Of a stretch of 64,000 bases of DNA, positions 19,336 to 27,466 are shown piece by piece. The notes under the pieces were generated by a model. The model was not told where the DNA came from. It worked only from the letters and a program-made list of their open reading frames with translations, and did no database searches. The position numbers and the translations under genes were made by a program. This DNA is from Oscillospiraceae bacterium (GTDB lineage Bacteria; Bacillota; Clostridia; Oscillospirales; Acutalibacteraceae). The stretch is from positions 2,319-66,318 of the forward strand of contig SVOM01000006.1 in assembly GCA_015066405.1 (NCBI GenBank), in the 5' to 3' direction. How positions within the stretch are numbered: the first letter of the stretch is position 1; each line of letters starts with the position of its first letter.

Positions 19336-20418
19336 ATGAAAAATTTGTTTAAAAGAGCAGCGGCAATATTTTTGGTGGCCGTACTTGCATTTAGTTGTGC
19401 TGCTTGCCACAAACCCGGCGAGCTGGCTTTAACAGTTGGCGGCGAAGAGTTTTCGTCCGGCTTTTATGCCTGCGCTTTTTTGGCGGCTGATAATGAGGCA
19501 CAGCAGTTGGTTTATGAGCAGGCAAGCAAGCAGGGTATAACCATTACAAGCAAAAATATGTACACCCAGAAAATTGATGGTGTTGTATACGGAGATTGGG
19601 TAAAGAATAAGACTCTTGAAATTTGCAAGCAAATGATAGCCGCAAAGCAACTTTGCGAGAAAAGCGTTGTAAAGACTGCGGAGTATTTAGATAATGCAAA
19701 ACAAACCGCAAAAGCCGAGTGGCAGTCTAACAAGGATTATTTTGAGAAAAATGGTATAGGTCTTGAAAGTTATCAGAAATTCTGCGCTTATCAAGAGTAT
19801 GCAACTGCTTATTTTGATTATCTTTACGGCAAGGGCGGTCCCGAAGAGGTTAAGGATGATGTACTCAATAAGTATATTACCGATAACTATGTATACTTAA
19901 ATGCTTTAAGCATAGATATTACCGCTATGACCGAAAAGCAGCAGCAGGACCAGGAAAAGAAATATAAAGATTATATCGAGCGCATTAAAAAGGGCGAGAG
20001 CTTTGGCAAAATTTATGCCGAGGCACAGGGTACTCAATACGCCGAGGACAAAACCGATGAAGGCACCTTCAGCCATTCTTATGCAATGCTTTGGGGTGGC
20101 GAAAACACAGGTAGCTACGAAAGCCCCTTCTTTGCTGATGTTAAGGACCTTAAAAAAGGCGAAATGAAGGTTATCGTTAACGATAAAGCGGTAGATGGCT
20201 ATAAATATATGTTTATGGTTTATATGGGCAATATTTTGAGTGAGAAAAACACAAATCTTGATACCATAAAGGCCACTGCTATGGACGCTATGAAGGGCGA
20301 TGAGTTCTTAGGCAAAATCAACGAGCAGGCAAAGGGCGTTACCTTAACCGAAAACACAAAATCTACCAAGCAGTTTAAGGTAGAAAATGTTTATTATCCT
20401 GAATCAACAAGCTATTAA
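19336..20418 (+). CDS. lipoprotein, possibly a PrsA/SurA-like chaperone
   Basis: ATG at 19336 with a GGAGGA RBS. LAFSCAAC lipobox. I see no clear PPIase motif. Confidence 0.6.
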   Translation: MKNLFKRAAAIFLVAVLAFSCAACHKPGELALTVGGEEFSSGFYACAFLAADNEAQQLVYEQASKQGITITSKNMYTQKIDGVVYGDWVKNKTLEICKQMIAAKQLCEKSVVKTAEYLDNAKQTAKAEWQSNKDYFEKNGIGLESYQKFCAYQEYATAYFDYLYGKGGPEEVKDDVLNKYITDNYVYLNALSIDITAMTEKQQQDQEKKYKDYIERIKKGESFGKIYAEAQGTQYAEDKTDEGTFSHSYAMLWGGENTGSYESPFFADVKDLKKGEMKVIVNDKAVDGYKYMFMVYMGNILSEKNTNLDTIKATAMDAMKGDEFLGKINEQAKGVTLTENTKSTKQFKVENVYYPESTSY

Positions 20419-20434
20419 TAAAGGTGTTTATATA

Positions 20435-21442
20435 ATGAGAGGGTTACAAATTCCTGATGGTTACACCTCGCTTTTGGACATTCGTTCAACCGAGGTTGCC
20501 ATAAAACAGGTTAAAGATTTTTTTGAGCGAGCGCTTGCCAAAAAACTTAATTTAACGCGTGTTTCCGCACCGCTCTTTGTAGAGTGCTCAAGCGGTCTTA
20601 ACGATACGCTAAACGGTGTTGAGCGTCCTGTCAGCTTTGATATTAAGGATGGCGGCTATGATGTTGAGATAGTGCATTCGCTCGCTAAATGGAAGCGTTT
20701 TTCATTAAAGCGCCACGGCTTTTCAAAGGGCGAAGGTCTTTATACCGATATGAATGCCATTCGCCGCGATGAAGATCTTGATAATATCCACTCGGTATTG
20801 GTTGACCAGTGGGACTGGGAGCTTATTATAGATAAGTCCGAGCGCAATATGGCAACACTTAAGGCAACGGTTGAAAAGATTTATGAGGCGCTGCTTGAAA
20901 CCGAGGAATACATATCGAAAGAGTATTCTTTTATCGAGAAAACGCTATCTGATAAAATTCACTTTATAACTACAGCGGAACTTGAAGATAAATACCCCGC
21001 GCTTACTCCAAAGCAGCGTGAGGAGGCCATTGTTAAAGAAATGGGCTCGGTATTTATAATGCAAATAGGCGGTAAGTTAAAATCCGGCAAGCCGCACGAT
21101 GGCCGTGCGCCCGACTATGATGATTGGTCGTTAAACGGCGATATTATGGTTTATAACCCCGTGCTTGATGCACCGCTCGAGCTTTCAAGTATGGGTATTC
21201 GTGTTGATGAGGATGCGCTGATAAGCCAGCTTGATATGGCGGGATGTCCCGAAAGGAAGGAACTGTCTTTCCACAAGGCGCTGCTGGAGGGAAAGCTGCC
21301 GTATACTATCGGCGGCGGCATAGGTCAGTCGAGAATGTGTATGTTGTTTTTACGCAAGGCTCATATTGGCGAGGTGCAGTCAACCGTTTGGCCAAAAGAA
21401 ATGGTAAAAGAGTGCGAAGAAAAAGGCGTAGTGCTTTTATAA
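20435..21442 (+). CDS. asnA: aspartate--ammonia ligase
   Basis: The N-terminus IPDGYTSLLDIRSTEVAIKQVKDFFE..RVSAPLFV is typical of AsnA. ATG at 20435 with an AAAGGTG RBS. Confidence 0.85.
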   Translation: MRGLQIPDGYTSLLDIRSTEVAIKQVKDFFERALAKKLNLTRVSAPLFVECSSGLNDTLNGVERPVSFDIKDGGYDVEIVHSLAKWKRFSLKRHGFSKGEGLYTDMNAIRRDEDLDNIHSVLVDQWDWELIIDKSERNMATLKATVEKIYEALLETEEYISKEYSFIEKTLSDKIHFITTAELEDKYPALTPKQREEAIVKEMGSVFIMQIGGKLKSGKPHDGRAPDYDDWSLNGDIMVYNPVLDAPLELSSMGIRVDEDALISQLDMAGCPERKELSFHKALLEGKLPYTIGGGIGQSRMCMLFLRKAHIGEVQSTVWPKEMVKECEEKGVVLL

Positions 21443-21445
21443 AAC

Positions 21446-21483
21446 AAATCTCGGGATATTAAAAAATATCCCGAGATTTTTTA
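21446..21483. terminator. bidirectional terminator between convergent genes
   Basis: AAATCTCGGGATAT pairs with ATATCCCGAGATTT, with A and T runs. Confidence 0.8.
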
Positions 21484-21689
21484 TCCTCTATTTTCATTTT
21501 TTTGCGGCTTTCGGGCTTTGCCAAGCCCTGCGCAATTTTCGGAAAAGAGTTATCGCTATCTCCCGTTGGCTGTATGTTATAGGTGCCGTATTTGTTTATT
21601 TGCTCAATTGAATTTTGCGGTTGTCCCACAACATTATTCACACTCGGCAATAAATCCAATGCATCATAATCCTTTTTGTTTTTTCGCAT
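21459..21689 (-). CDS. small hydrophilic hypothetical protein (76 aa)
   Basis: ATG at 21689 preceded by GGTGA. No TM helix or recognisable motif. Confidence 0.5.
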   Translation of the reverse strand: MRKNKKDYDALDLLPSVNNVVGQPQNSIEQINKYGTYNIQPTGDSDNSFPKIAQGLAKPESRKKMKIEDKKSRDIF

Positions 21690-21745
21690 AATAATCACCA
21701 TATCCCTTCGATATTATTTTGCGCCGAAAAATTTCTTTTATTAAA

Positions 21746-21776
21746 ACAAAAAAACAGGGGTACATTTGTACCCCTG
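21746..21776 (-). terminator. intrinsic terminator or attenuator upstream of the 21459..21689 ORF
   Basis: On the minus strand CAGGGGTAC-AAA-GTACCCCTG is followed by a run of seven T. Confidence 0.8.
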
Positions 21777-21936
21777 AATTAATTTATCTAAACCATTGGA
21801 CTCACCAATTCATAAATTTTTATCATTTTAAAAATTTAACTGTATTTTGGACTCACCACTTTCAACTTAAATTTTGGGCTGAATGCTTCGGTTCGGTTTC
21901 CGTGAACATCGGTATCAGTCCTTTCCTCTTCTTTCT
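21777..21936 (-). ncRNA. unclassified leader or sRNA with twin TTGGTGAGTCCAA hairpins and a 15-codon micro-ORF
   Basis: It lies between a strong promoter and a strong terminator. The 12-13-nt repeats are at 21796-21808 and 21847-21858. The micro-ORF MFTETEPKHSAQNLS is at 21862-21909 with a GAGGAAAGGA RBS. Confidence 0.45.
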
Positions 21937-21942
21937 GTCTTT

Positions 21943-21971
21943 AATATACCACATAACACACTAATTGTCAA
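21943..21971 (-). promoter_or_regulatory. sigma-A-like promoter
   Basis: Minus strand TTGACA (21966-21971), 17-nt spacer, TATATT (21943-21948). Confidence 0.6.
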
Positions 21972-22103
21972 GCAAAAGTTGATAAATTTTGTTTAAAATA
22001 TATAAACATATTAAAAAATGGTTTAAATGATAAATTTCATTGACTAAAACGAAAAAATATTTTAAAATAATATAGTGAAATATATTTAAGTGAGGTAATA
22101 AAA

Positions 22104-22418
22104 ATGGCTGAAAATAAAAACATTACGGAAGAATATAATCCCGATATTATAACCCTTTCGGATGATGAGGGACACGAGTATACATTTGAGGTGCTTGATG
22201 CGGTAGAAACCGATGAAGCAAGATATTTAGCATTGCTTCCCGTACACACCGACCCACAGGCGTTGCTTGATGATAGCGGCGAGCTTGTAATAGTTAAGGT
22301 TGAGGAAGAAAACGGCGAAGAATTTTTCTCTGAAATCGAGGATGATGAAGAGTATGAAATGATAGCCGATGCATTTATCGACCGCCTACAAAATGCATTT
22401 GAAATTACCGAAGAATAA
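22104..22418 (+). CDS. DUF1292 family protein
   Basis: Acidic 104-aa protein with ITLSDDEGHEYTFEVLDAVETDEARYLALLP. Confidence 0.8.
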   Translation: MAENKNITEEYNPDIITLSDDEGHEYTFEVLDAVETDEARYLALLPVHTDPQALLDDSGELVIVKVEEENGEEFFSEIEDDEEYEMIADAFIDRLQNAFEITEE

Positions 22419-22444
22419 TTTTTTAAAAACTAAATAAAATAGTA

Positions 22445-22652
22445 TTATCCTGCCCTGTTCGCGGACTGTTCTATTATAACCCTACAAGTTTCTTTAATGG
22501 GGTCCGGCTTGTGCGGTGGGATGCAGACCTCCCGTTATGCCGCCTTATTTGTGCGTTTGTACTAACGGAAGAAGGGAGCGCGAATCCGCACACACGACAC
22601 CCACCTGCTATTTCGCAGGTTATCATTAGCACATTACGGCAGGGTGGGGGAA
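22445..22652. ncRNA. GC-rich rod-like structured RNA candidate (6S-like?); strand not resolved
   Basis: It is non-coding: the real abrB start lies downstream. End pairing is CCUGCC with GGCAGG. Internal helices are CUAUUAUAAC with GUUAUCAUUAG and CUCCCGUUA with UAACGG..GGGAG. GC content is clearly above that of neighbouring spacers. Confidence 0.4.
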
Positions 22653-22655
22653 TTA

Positions 22656-22684
22656 TTGACAAAATATGTCAAATATTGTATAAT
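22656..22684 (+). promoter_or_regulatory. consensus sigma-A promoter of abrB with an embedded palindrome
   Basis: TTGACA, 17-nt spacer, TATAAT. The palindrome TTGACAaaataTGTCAA overlaps the -35 element. Confidence 0.7.
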
Positions 22685-22714
22685 ATTACAAACAAATTAA
22701 AGAAAGGTGATATT

Positions 22715-22972
22715 ATGCAAGCAAGTGGGATTTTAAGACCGGTTGACCGCAACGGCCGTGTTGTTATACCAAAAGAGCTTCGCAAGCAGTTGGGCATTGT
22801 TGATGAGGTTGACAGTTTTGAAATATTTGTTGATGGCGATATGATTATTTTAAGAAAATATCAGCCAAAATGTATTTTTTGCGGTTCTGAGGGCGATGTT
22901 ATGCAACTTAAAGGCCACAAGGTTTGCCTTGGCTGTATAGACCGCCTTTCTGCTATGAAAAACTCGTTGTAA
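22715..22972 (+). CDS. abrB: AbrB-family transition-state regulator with a C-terminal CxxC..CxxC
   Basis: ATG at 22715 with an AAAGGTGA RBS. Contains RPVDRNGRVVIPKELRKQLG, then CIFCG...CLGC. Confidence 0.8.
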   Translation: MQASGILRPVDRNGRVVIPKELRKQLGIVDEVDSFEIFVDGDMIILRKYQPKCIFCGSEGDVMQLKGHKVCLGCIDRLSAMKNSL

Positions 22973-22990
22973 GAAAAATCCTTACGGTTT

Positions 22991-23027
22991 GCCCAAGTGT
23001 TCTTAAGGACACTTGGGCAGTTTTATT
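22991..23027 (+). terminator. intrinsic terminator of abrB
   Basis: GCCCAAGTGT pairs with ACACTTGGGC, followed by AGTTTTATT. Confidence 0.75.
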
Positions 23028-23038
23028 CGCCAAAGGCG

Positions 23039-23193
23039 AGTGATATTGCTTCGCAGTTATATTATGCTTTCACATAGTGATATTGTCCTACGGACAGTTT
23101 TGGAGCGAATAAAATACCACTACGACCTTATGGGAGTAATATCACTTTCACAAAGTGAAAATATCACTCTGTGCGCCAGCACAGAATATCACT
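23039..23193. repeat. five copies of AGTGATATT(G), two forward and three reverse, each next to a short hairpin
   Basis: Forward copies at 23039-23048 and 23076-23085. Reverse copies (AATATCACT) at 23138-23146, 23160-23168 and 23185-23193. Confidence 0.7.
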
Positions 23194-23205
23194 ATATAAA
23201 AAGTA

Positions 23206-23249
23206 CCACCCGAAAAAGAGTTTTGTTTTCTCTTCTTCGGGTGGTTTTT
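23206..23249. terminator. bidirectional intrinsic terminator
   Basis: CCACCCGAA (23206-23214) pairs with TTCGGGTGG (23236-23244), with a T-run on the plus strand and an A-run upstream. Confidence 0.75.
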
Positions 23250-23346
23250 GTCTTATAGTGTTACAAGCAGGAATTTTGTGTGCCAAATTCCGCATCCTTA
23301 TAGAAAGCTGTCCTTAGCAACCTTGCTCATTTCCGTAAGGATTTTT

Positions 23347-24225
23347 TTAATGCTCTCGCACATTTATATCGCCCTCAAAATAAAGCGCTAAAGAATCGGG
23401 GCCTAAATGTATGGCGGTTACGGGCTCGTGCACAAGGGTAATGATTTGGGCTTTAGGATTAACCTGCTTTATCATGTTTTCGAGCATTTCAGCATCCGCC
23501 CTACAATCGCAATGTGATATGCAAACGGGCAAATCATTTATGTTTTTGCTTAATGTGGCGTATTTGTTTTTAAGCTCTTCAATTACCTTGCGGCGCCCCC
23601 TTATTTTGCCGCATACAACAATTTTTCCGTTACTGTCGCCCTTTAAAAGCGGTTTAATACCGAGTGCCTTACCTATAATGGCGGTAGCACCCGAAACCCT
23701 GCCGCCGCGGCGTAAATGCATAAGGTCGCCCACGGTGAACACCTGCATAATACGGGGTACTAGCTCGTTTATAAGCTTGGCATTCTCATAAATATCAATA
23801 CCTGCATTTTTGTTGCGCACAGCTTTAAAAATAGGTAAAAATATACCGAGCGAGGCACCGCGGCTGTCCACGATTATGATTTTTCGGTCGGGGTATTTGC
23901 TTTTTAGTTCCTCGGCGGCAATTTTGGCGGAAGATATGCAACCGCTGATACCTGAGGAAATGGCGATATAAAGTATATCATCGCCTTTTTCTATAATTGG
24001 CTCAAAATATGATATATAAAGTTCGGGGTTTATCTGTGAGGTCGTAGCGGTCATACCGCTTCGTAATTTATCGTAAAAATCCCTATAATCGCAGTTTTCG
24101 TCAAAACTGCCCACAACATCGCCAGCGGTTGTATGGTATGATAGTGGTATTACCGTTATATTATTTTCTTTTGTGAATTTTTGTGTTAGATTCGCCGCAG
24201 TGTCGGCAACGATTTTATAAGACAA
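23347..24225 (-). CDS. DegV family fatty-acid-binding protein
   Basis: 292 aa, with SYKIVADTAANL..ITVIPLS and SGISG motifs. Confidence 0.88.
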   Translation of the reverse strand: MSYKIVADTAANLTQKFTKENNITVIPLSYHTTAGDVVGSFDENCDYRDFYDKLRSGMTATTSQINPELYISYFEPIIEKGDDILYIAISSGISGCISSAKIAAEELKSKYPDRKIIIVDSRGASLGIFLPIFKAVRNKNAGIDIYENAKLINELVPRIMQVFTVGDLMHLRRGGRVSGATAIIGKALGIKPLLKGDSNGKIVVCGKIRGRRKVIEELKNKYATLSKNINDLPVCISHCDCRADAEMLENMIKQVNPKAQIITLVHEPVTAIHLGPDSLALYFEGDINVREH

Positions 24226-24375
24226 AACAAGGCCTCCTATATTTTCAGTATAATAATTATAAAAAAATTATTTTATGTATTCAACCTACCGTGAGTTTTC
24301 TTTTGTCTACTGATTAGAAACGGGCGGTAGAGTTATCATGTATAGAGATTATTGACATATTTTCAGAAAAATATA

Positions 24376-24405
24376 ATGCCCGAGGCAAACCCTCGGGCAT
24401 TTTTT
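24376..24405. terminator. stem-loop 3' of the SGNH hydrolase gene
   Basis: ATGCCCGAGG pairs with CCTCGGGCAT. The T-run overlaps the stop codon. Confidence 0.6.
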
Positions 24406-25372
24406 ATTTAATTATATCTTTGAGCTCCAAAATAAGCTTATCGGCAATTTCTCTATGTCCGTTTCTAAGCGGATGTAACGGATGGCCCTCACCCCAAGAA
24501 GAAGCATCAATGAAAATAATATTATCATCGTGCTCGGCATTAAAATCGGCAACCAAGGATTTAAGCTCCTTAGGAAAAGCACCGCAAAAGGCCGATAAAA
24601 CAATTATAACCGACTCTTTATGGGTGTTCCTTACAAGCTGAAGCAGCGCGCGGTATTCGGTAATATATTCCTCTGCCGTTCCACCGCGGTCATTTGCACC
24701 GTGGTTAATAAGAATATAATCGGGGTGGCTATAGGTTACGGGTGCACCGTCAAAGCAGTAAGGATATGCATCTGCCGCCTTTGGAACCATACCTTGTCCA
24801 CCATGTGTTACACCAACAGCCCCATAGCCCATATGTAAGTTTTTAAGCCCAAAATGTTGTGCTGTTAAATATGCGTAGGTTGCGGTAACATCATCAACAA
24901 AGGGACGTGTTTCCTGCGGACCGGCATTATCATAGAGTTCTACATCGATAAGCACACCCTCGGTTATGCTGTCGCCAACAAACTCTATGGTCTTGCGGTT
25001 GTCCTCGGGTAAAACTGCCGCGGACTCGGCAAAATAGCCCTTAAAGGCGATTTTACCAACAAGCGGGTGGTAAAATCTCGACTGTGCTTCCACGGCGCTT
25101 TTATATATTATTCGCAATAAATGTGCGCCGCTTTTTGTGTTTACTCGCATAAAATCACTGATAGCCGCCTCAAACATATCGCCGCCATCCAGCTGCATAT
25201 AAATATGCGGCACGGGATTTTGATAATTTTCGGTATTAAAGGACAAAACAATATTATCGCCCGAAAAGGCAATTTCGATTTCGGCGCCTGTGGTAGTTGC
25301 TGTCATAGCGCCACCACACTCGGCAAATCTGCCCGTAAAACGAACAGACACATGGTCAAATTTAAAAAACAT
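24404..25372 (-). CDS. SGNH/GDSL hydrolase with an N-terminal beta-sandwich-like domain, no signal peptide
   Basis: FVGDSITEG block I, INHGANDRG, and a C-terminal GHPLHP..NGH. Confidence 0.8.
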   Translation of the reverse strand: MFFKFDHVSVRFTGRFAECGGAMTATTTGAEIEIAFSGDNIVLSFNTENYQNPVPHIYMQLDGGDMFEAAISDFMRVNTKSGAHLLRIIYKSAVEAQSRFYHPLVGKIAFKGYFAESAAVLPEDNRKTIEFVGDSITEGVLIDVELYDNAGPQETRPFVDDVTATYAYLTAQHFGLKNLHMGYGAVGVTHGGQGMVPKAADAYPYCFDGAPVTYSHPDYILINHGANDRGGTAEEYITEYRALLQLVRNTHKESVIIVLSAFCGAFPKELKSLVADFNAEHDDNIIFIDASSWGEGHPLHPLRNGHREIADKLILELKDIIK

Positions 25373-25508
25373 AAAATCCCTCCAACTCTTTCAAAAAGTA
25401 TAACATATATATAAAGAGAAAACAATAAAAAATAGGTAAATCTTGACTTTAATTTATACGTAATATATACTTAAAAAAGTAAAAATGTTATTAGGAGATT
25501 TTTAAAAT

Positions 25509-26606
25509 ATGTACGATTATTTAGTGGTGGGCGCAGGTCTTTACGGCGCGGTTTTCGCAAGGGAGATGACCGATAAGGGCTATAAGTGTCTGGTTATTGA
25601 TAAAAGGCCGCATATTGCGGGAAACGTTTATACCGAAGAAATTGAAAACATAAATGTGCATAAATACGGCGCGCATATTTTCCATACAAGCGAAAAACAA
25701 GTTTGGGACTATGTAAACCGCTTTGCCGAGTTTAATCGCTATACCAACGCTCCCGTTGCAAATTATAAGGGCGAAATTTATAATTTACCCTTTAATATGA
25801 ACACGTTCAATAAAATGTGGGGTGTGATAACACCGAATGAAGCGCGTGCTAAAATAGAGCAGCAACGAGCCGCGGCAAATATCGATAATCCCAAAAATCT
25901 CGAAGAGCAAGCGATTAGTCTTGTGGGAATAGATATCTATGAAAAACTTATAAAGCACTATACCGAAAAGCAGTGGGGAAGACCTTGTAGCGAGCTGCCG
26001 TCCTTTATAATACGCCGTTTGCCCGTTAGATTTATATATGATAACAACTATTTCAATGATTTATATCAGGGTATCGCCATTGGCGGTTATACAAAAATGG
26101 TTGAAAAAATGCTTGAGGGCATTGAGGTGCGCCTTAATACCAATTATTTGGAAAACAGGCAAGAGCTTGAAAAGTTTGCAAAAACAGTAGTGTATACGGG
26201 TCCTATTGATGAATATTTTGGCTACAGCAAGGGCCATTTACAGTACCGCAGTGTACGTTTCGAAACCGAAATACTTGATACCGACAATTTCCAGGGTAAT
26301 GCCGTTGTAAACTACACCGATGGAGATACACCGTATACTCGTATTATCGAGCACAAGCATTTTGAGTTTGGCACACAACAAAAAACAGTTATAAGTCGCG
26401 AGTATTCTGCCGAGTGGAAGCCGGGGGATGAGCCGTACTATCCCGTAAATGATGAGAAAAACGGCAAACTTTATGAAGAATACAAGAAAATGGCCGAAAA
26501 AGAGAAAAATGTAATCTTTGGCGGTCGCCTTGGCGAATATAAGTATTACGATATGGATAAGGTTATTTTATCAGCTTTACAAAAAGCGGAAAGCATAGGT
26601 AAATAA
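25509..26606 (+). CDS. glf: UDP-galactopyranose mutase
   Basis: MYDYLVVGAGLYGAVFA Rossmann motif, HKYGAHIFHT, and a C-terminal GRLGEYKYYDMD. Confidence 0.92.
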   Translation: MYDYLVVGAGLYGAVFAREMTDKGYKCLVIDKRPHIAGNVYTEEIENINVHKYGAHIFHTSEKQVWDYVNRFAEFNRYTNAPVANYKGEIYNLPFNMNTFNKMWGVITPNEARAKIEQQRAAANIDNPKNLEEQAISLVGIDIYEKLIKHYTEKQWGRPCSELPSFIIRRLPVRFIYDNNYFNDLYQGIAIGGYTKMVEKMLEGIEVRLNTNYLENRQELEKFAKTVVYTGPIDEYFGYSKGHLQYRSVRFETEILDTDNFQGNAVVNYTDGDTPYTRIIEHKHFEFGTQQKTVISREYSAEWKPGDEPYYPVNDEKNGKLYEEYKKMAEKEKNVIFGGRLGEYKYYDMDKVILSALQKAESIGK

Positions 26607-26610
26607 AAAT

Positions 26611-27423
26611 ATGGTTGCATTTATAATAGCCGATATTTTGATAATTTTAATAGCCATTTATATTTTGTCTGTTCGCGGCAGAACTAATAATAAAAATACC
26701 GGAAAATTTTTAAATTTTCGCTATGCGCATAGGGGGTTACATAATAAACCCACTGTACCCGAAAACAGCCTCGCGGCATTTAAAGCGGCGGTAGATAACG
26801 GGTATGCTATTGAACTTGATGTGCATTTAATGAAAGACGGTAACATTGCAGTTATACACGATGCAAGTTTAAAAAGAACTGCGGGAATGGATGTTAAAAT
26901 CGAGGATTTAACAACTGCCGATTTAGAAAAATTCACTTTGGAAGAATCAAGTGAAAAAATACCAACGCTAAATCAGGTTTTAGAGTTAGTAGATGGCAAG
27001 GTGCCGTTACTCGTTGAAATAAAGCCCGAGGGCAACTGTGCGGCAGTAACAGCAAAAACGGTTGAGATACTTAAAAGCTATAAAGGCGACTACTGTATTG
27101 AGTCGTTTGACCCGCGCTGCATATTATGGCTTAAAAAGAATGCGCCCGAAATTGTGCGCGGACAGTTAACACAAAATTTTATGAAGGGCAAAAGCGAGTT
27201 ATCGTTTTTTACACGGCTTTTGTTAACACCGCTTGTGCTTAATTGCTTAAACCGCCCCGATTTTATAGCGGTCGAACAAACTGATAGAAAGGACCCGCAA
27301 ATAGTTTTAGCCACACGGCTTTGGGGTGTTAAAAAATTTGTGTGGACGGTAAAAAGCAATGAGGATTTAATAATGCTCGAAAAAGAGGGCTTTACCCCAA
27401 TATTTGAACAATTTAAACCGTAA
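26611..27423 (+). CDS. membrane-anchored glycerophosphodiester phosphodiesterase family protein
   Basis: N-terminal TM helix. AHRGL..PENS..AF and ELDVH motifs. Confidence 0.85.
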   Translation: MVAFIIADILIILIAIYILSVRGRTNNKNTGKFLNFRYAHRGLHNKPTVPENSLAAFKAAVDNGYAIELDVHLMKDGNIAVIHDASLKRTAGMDVKIEDLTTADLEKFTLEESSEKIPTLNQVLELVDGKVPLLVEIKPEGNCAAVTAKTVEILKSYKGDYCIESFDPRCILWLKKNAPEIVRGQLTQNFMKGKSELSFFTRLLLTPLVLNCLNRPDFIAVEQTDRKDPQIVLATRLWGVKKFVWTVKSNEDLIMLEKEGFTPIFEQFKP

Positions 27424-27432
27424 ATAGAAAAA

Positions 27433-27458
27433 ACGCTCGAATCATTTGATTCGAGCGT
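27433..27458. terminator. bidirectional terminator between convergent genes
   Basis: ACGCTCGAATCA-TTT-GATTCGAGCGT with A and T runs. Confidence 0.75.
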
Positions 27459-27466
27459 CTTTTATT

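Larger units (their letters stand above)
22974..23346. repeat. intergenic module bounded by 14-nt perfect inverted repeats (MITE-like?)
   Basis: AAAAATCCTTACGG (22974-22987) and CCGTAAGGATTTTT (23333-23346). Similarity continues imperfectly for about 30 nt more. The module exactly fills the abrB-degV spacer. Confidence 0.5.

Noticed and set aside
21719-21964. 81-aa plus-strand ORF opposite the 21746-21971 leader
   Set aside because: It has a TTG start and no RBS, crosses a strong terminator hairpin, and has a His/Phe/Trp-rich odd composition. The promoter and terminator logic supports a minus-strand RNA instead.
22445-22652. Identification of the GC-rich RNA candidate as SRP RNA
   Set aside because: Some stretches resemble 4.5S RNA (GUGCGGUGGGAUGCAGAC). 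The highly conserved domain IV sequence (GGAAGGAAGCAGC type with a GNAR tetraloop) is absent on both strands.
22511-22714. N-terminal 68-residue extension of the abrB ORF (GTG start at 22511)
   Set aside because: A perfect TTGACA-17-TATAAT promoter and an AAAGGTGA RBS lie inside it, and the AbrB fold begins at the ATG at 22715. The upstream part is better explained as a structured RNA.
23013-23258. 81-aa ORF in the abrB-degV spacer
   Set aside because: It starts at a TTG with no RBS, runs through two terminators and consists of the repeated AGTGATATT/hairpin units. I treat it as a repeat artefact.
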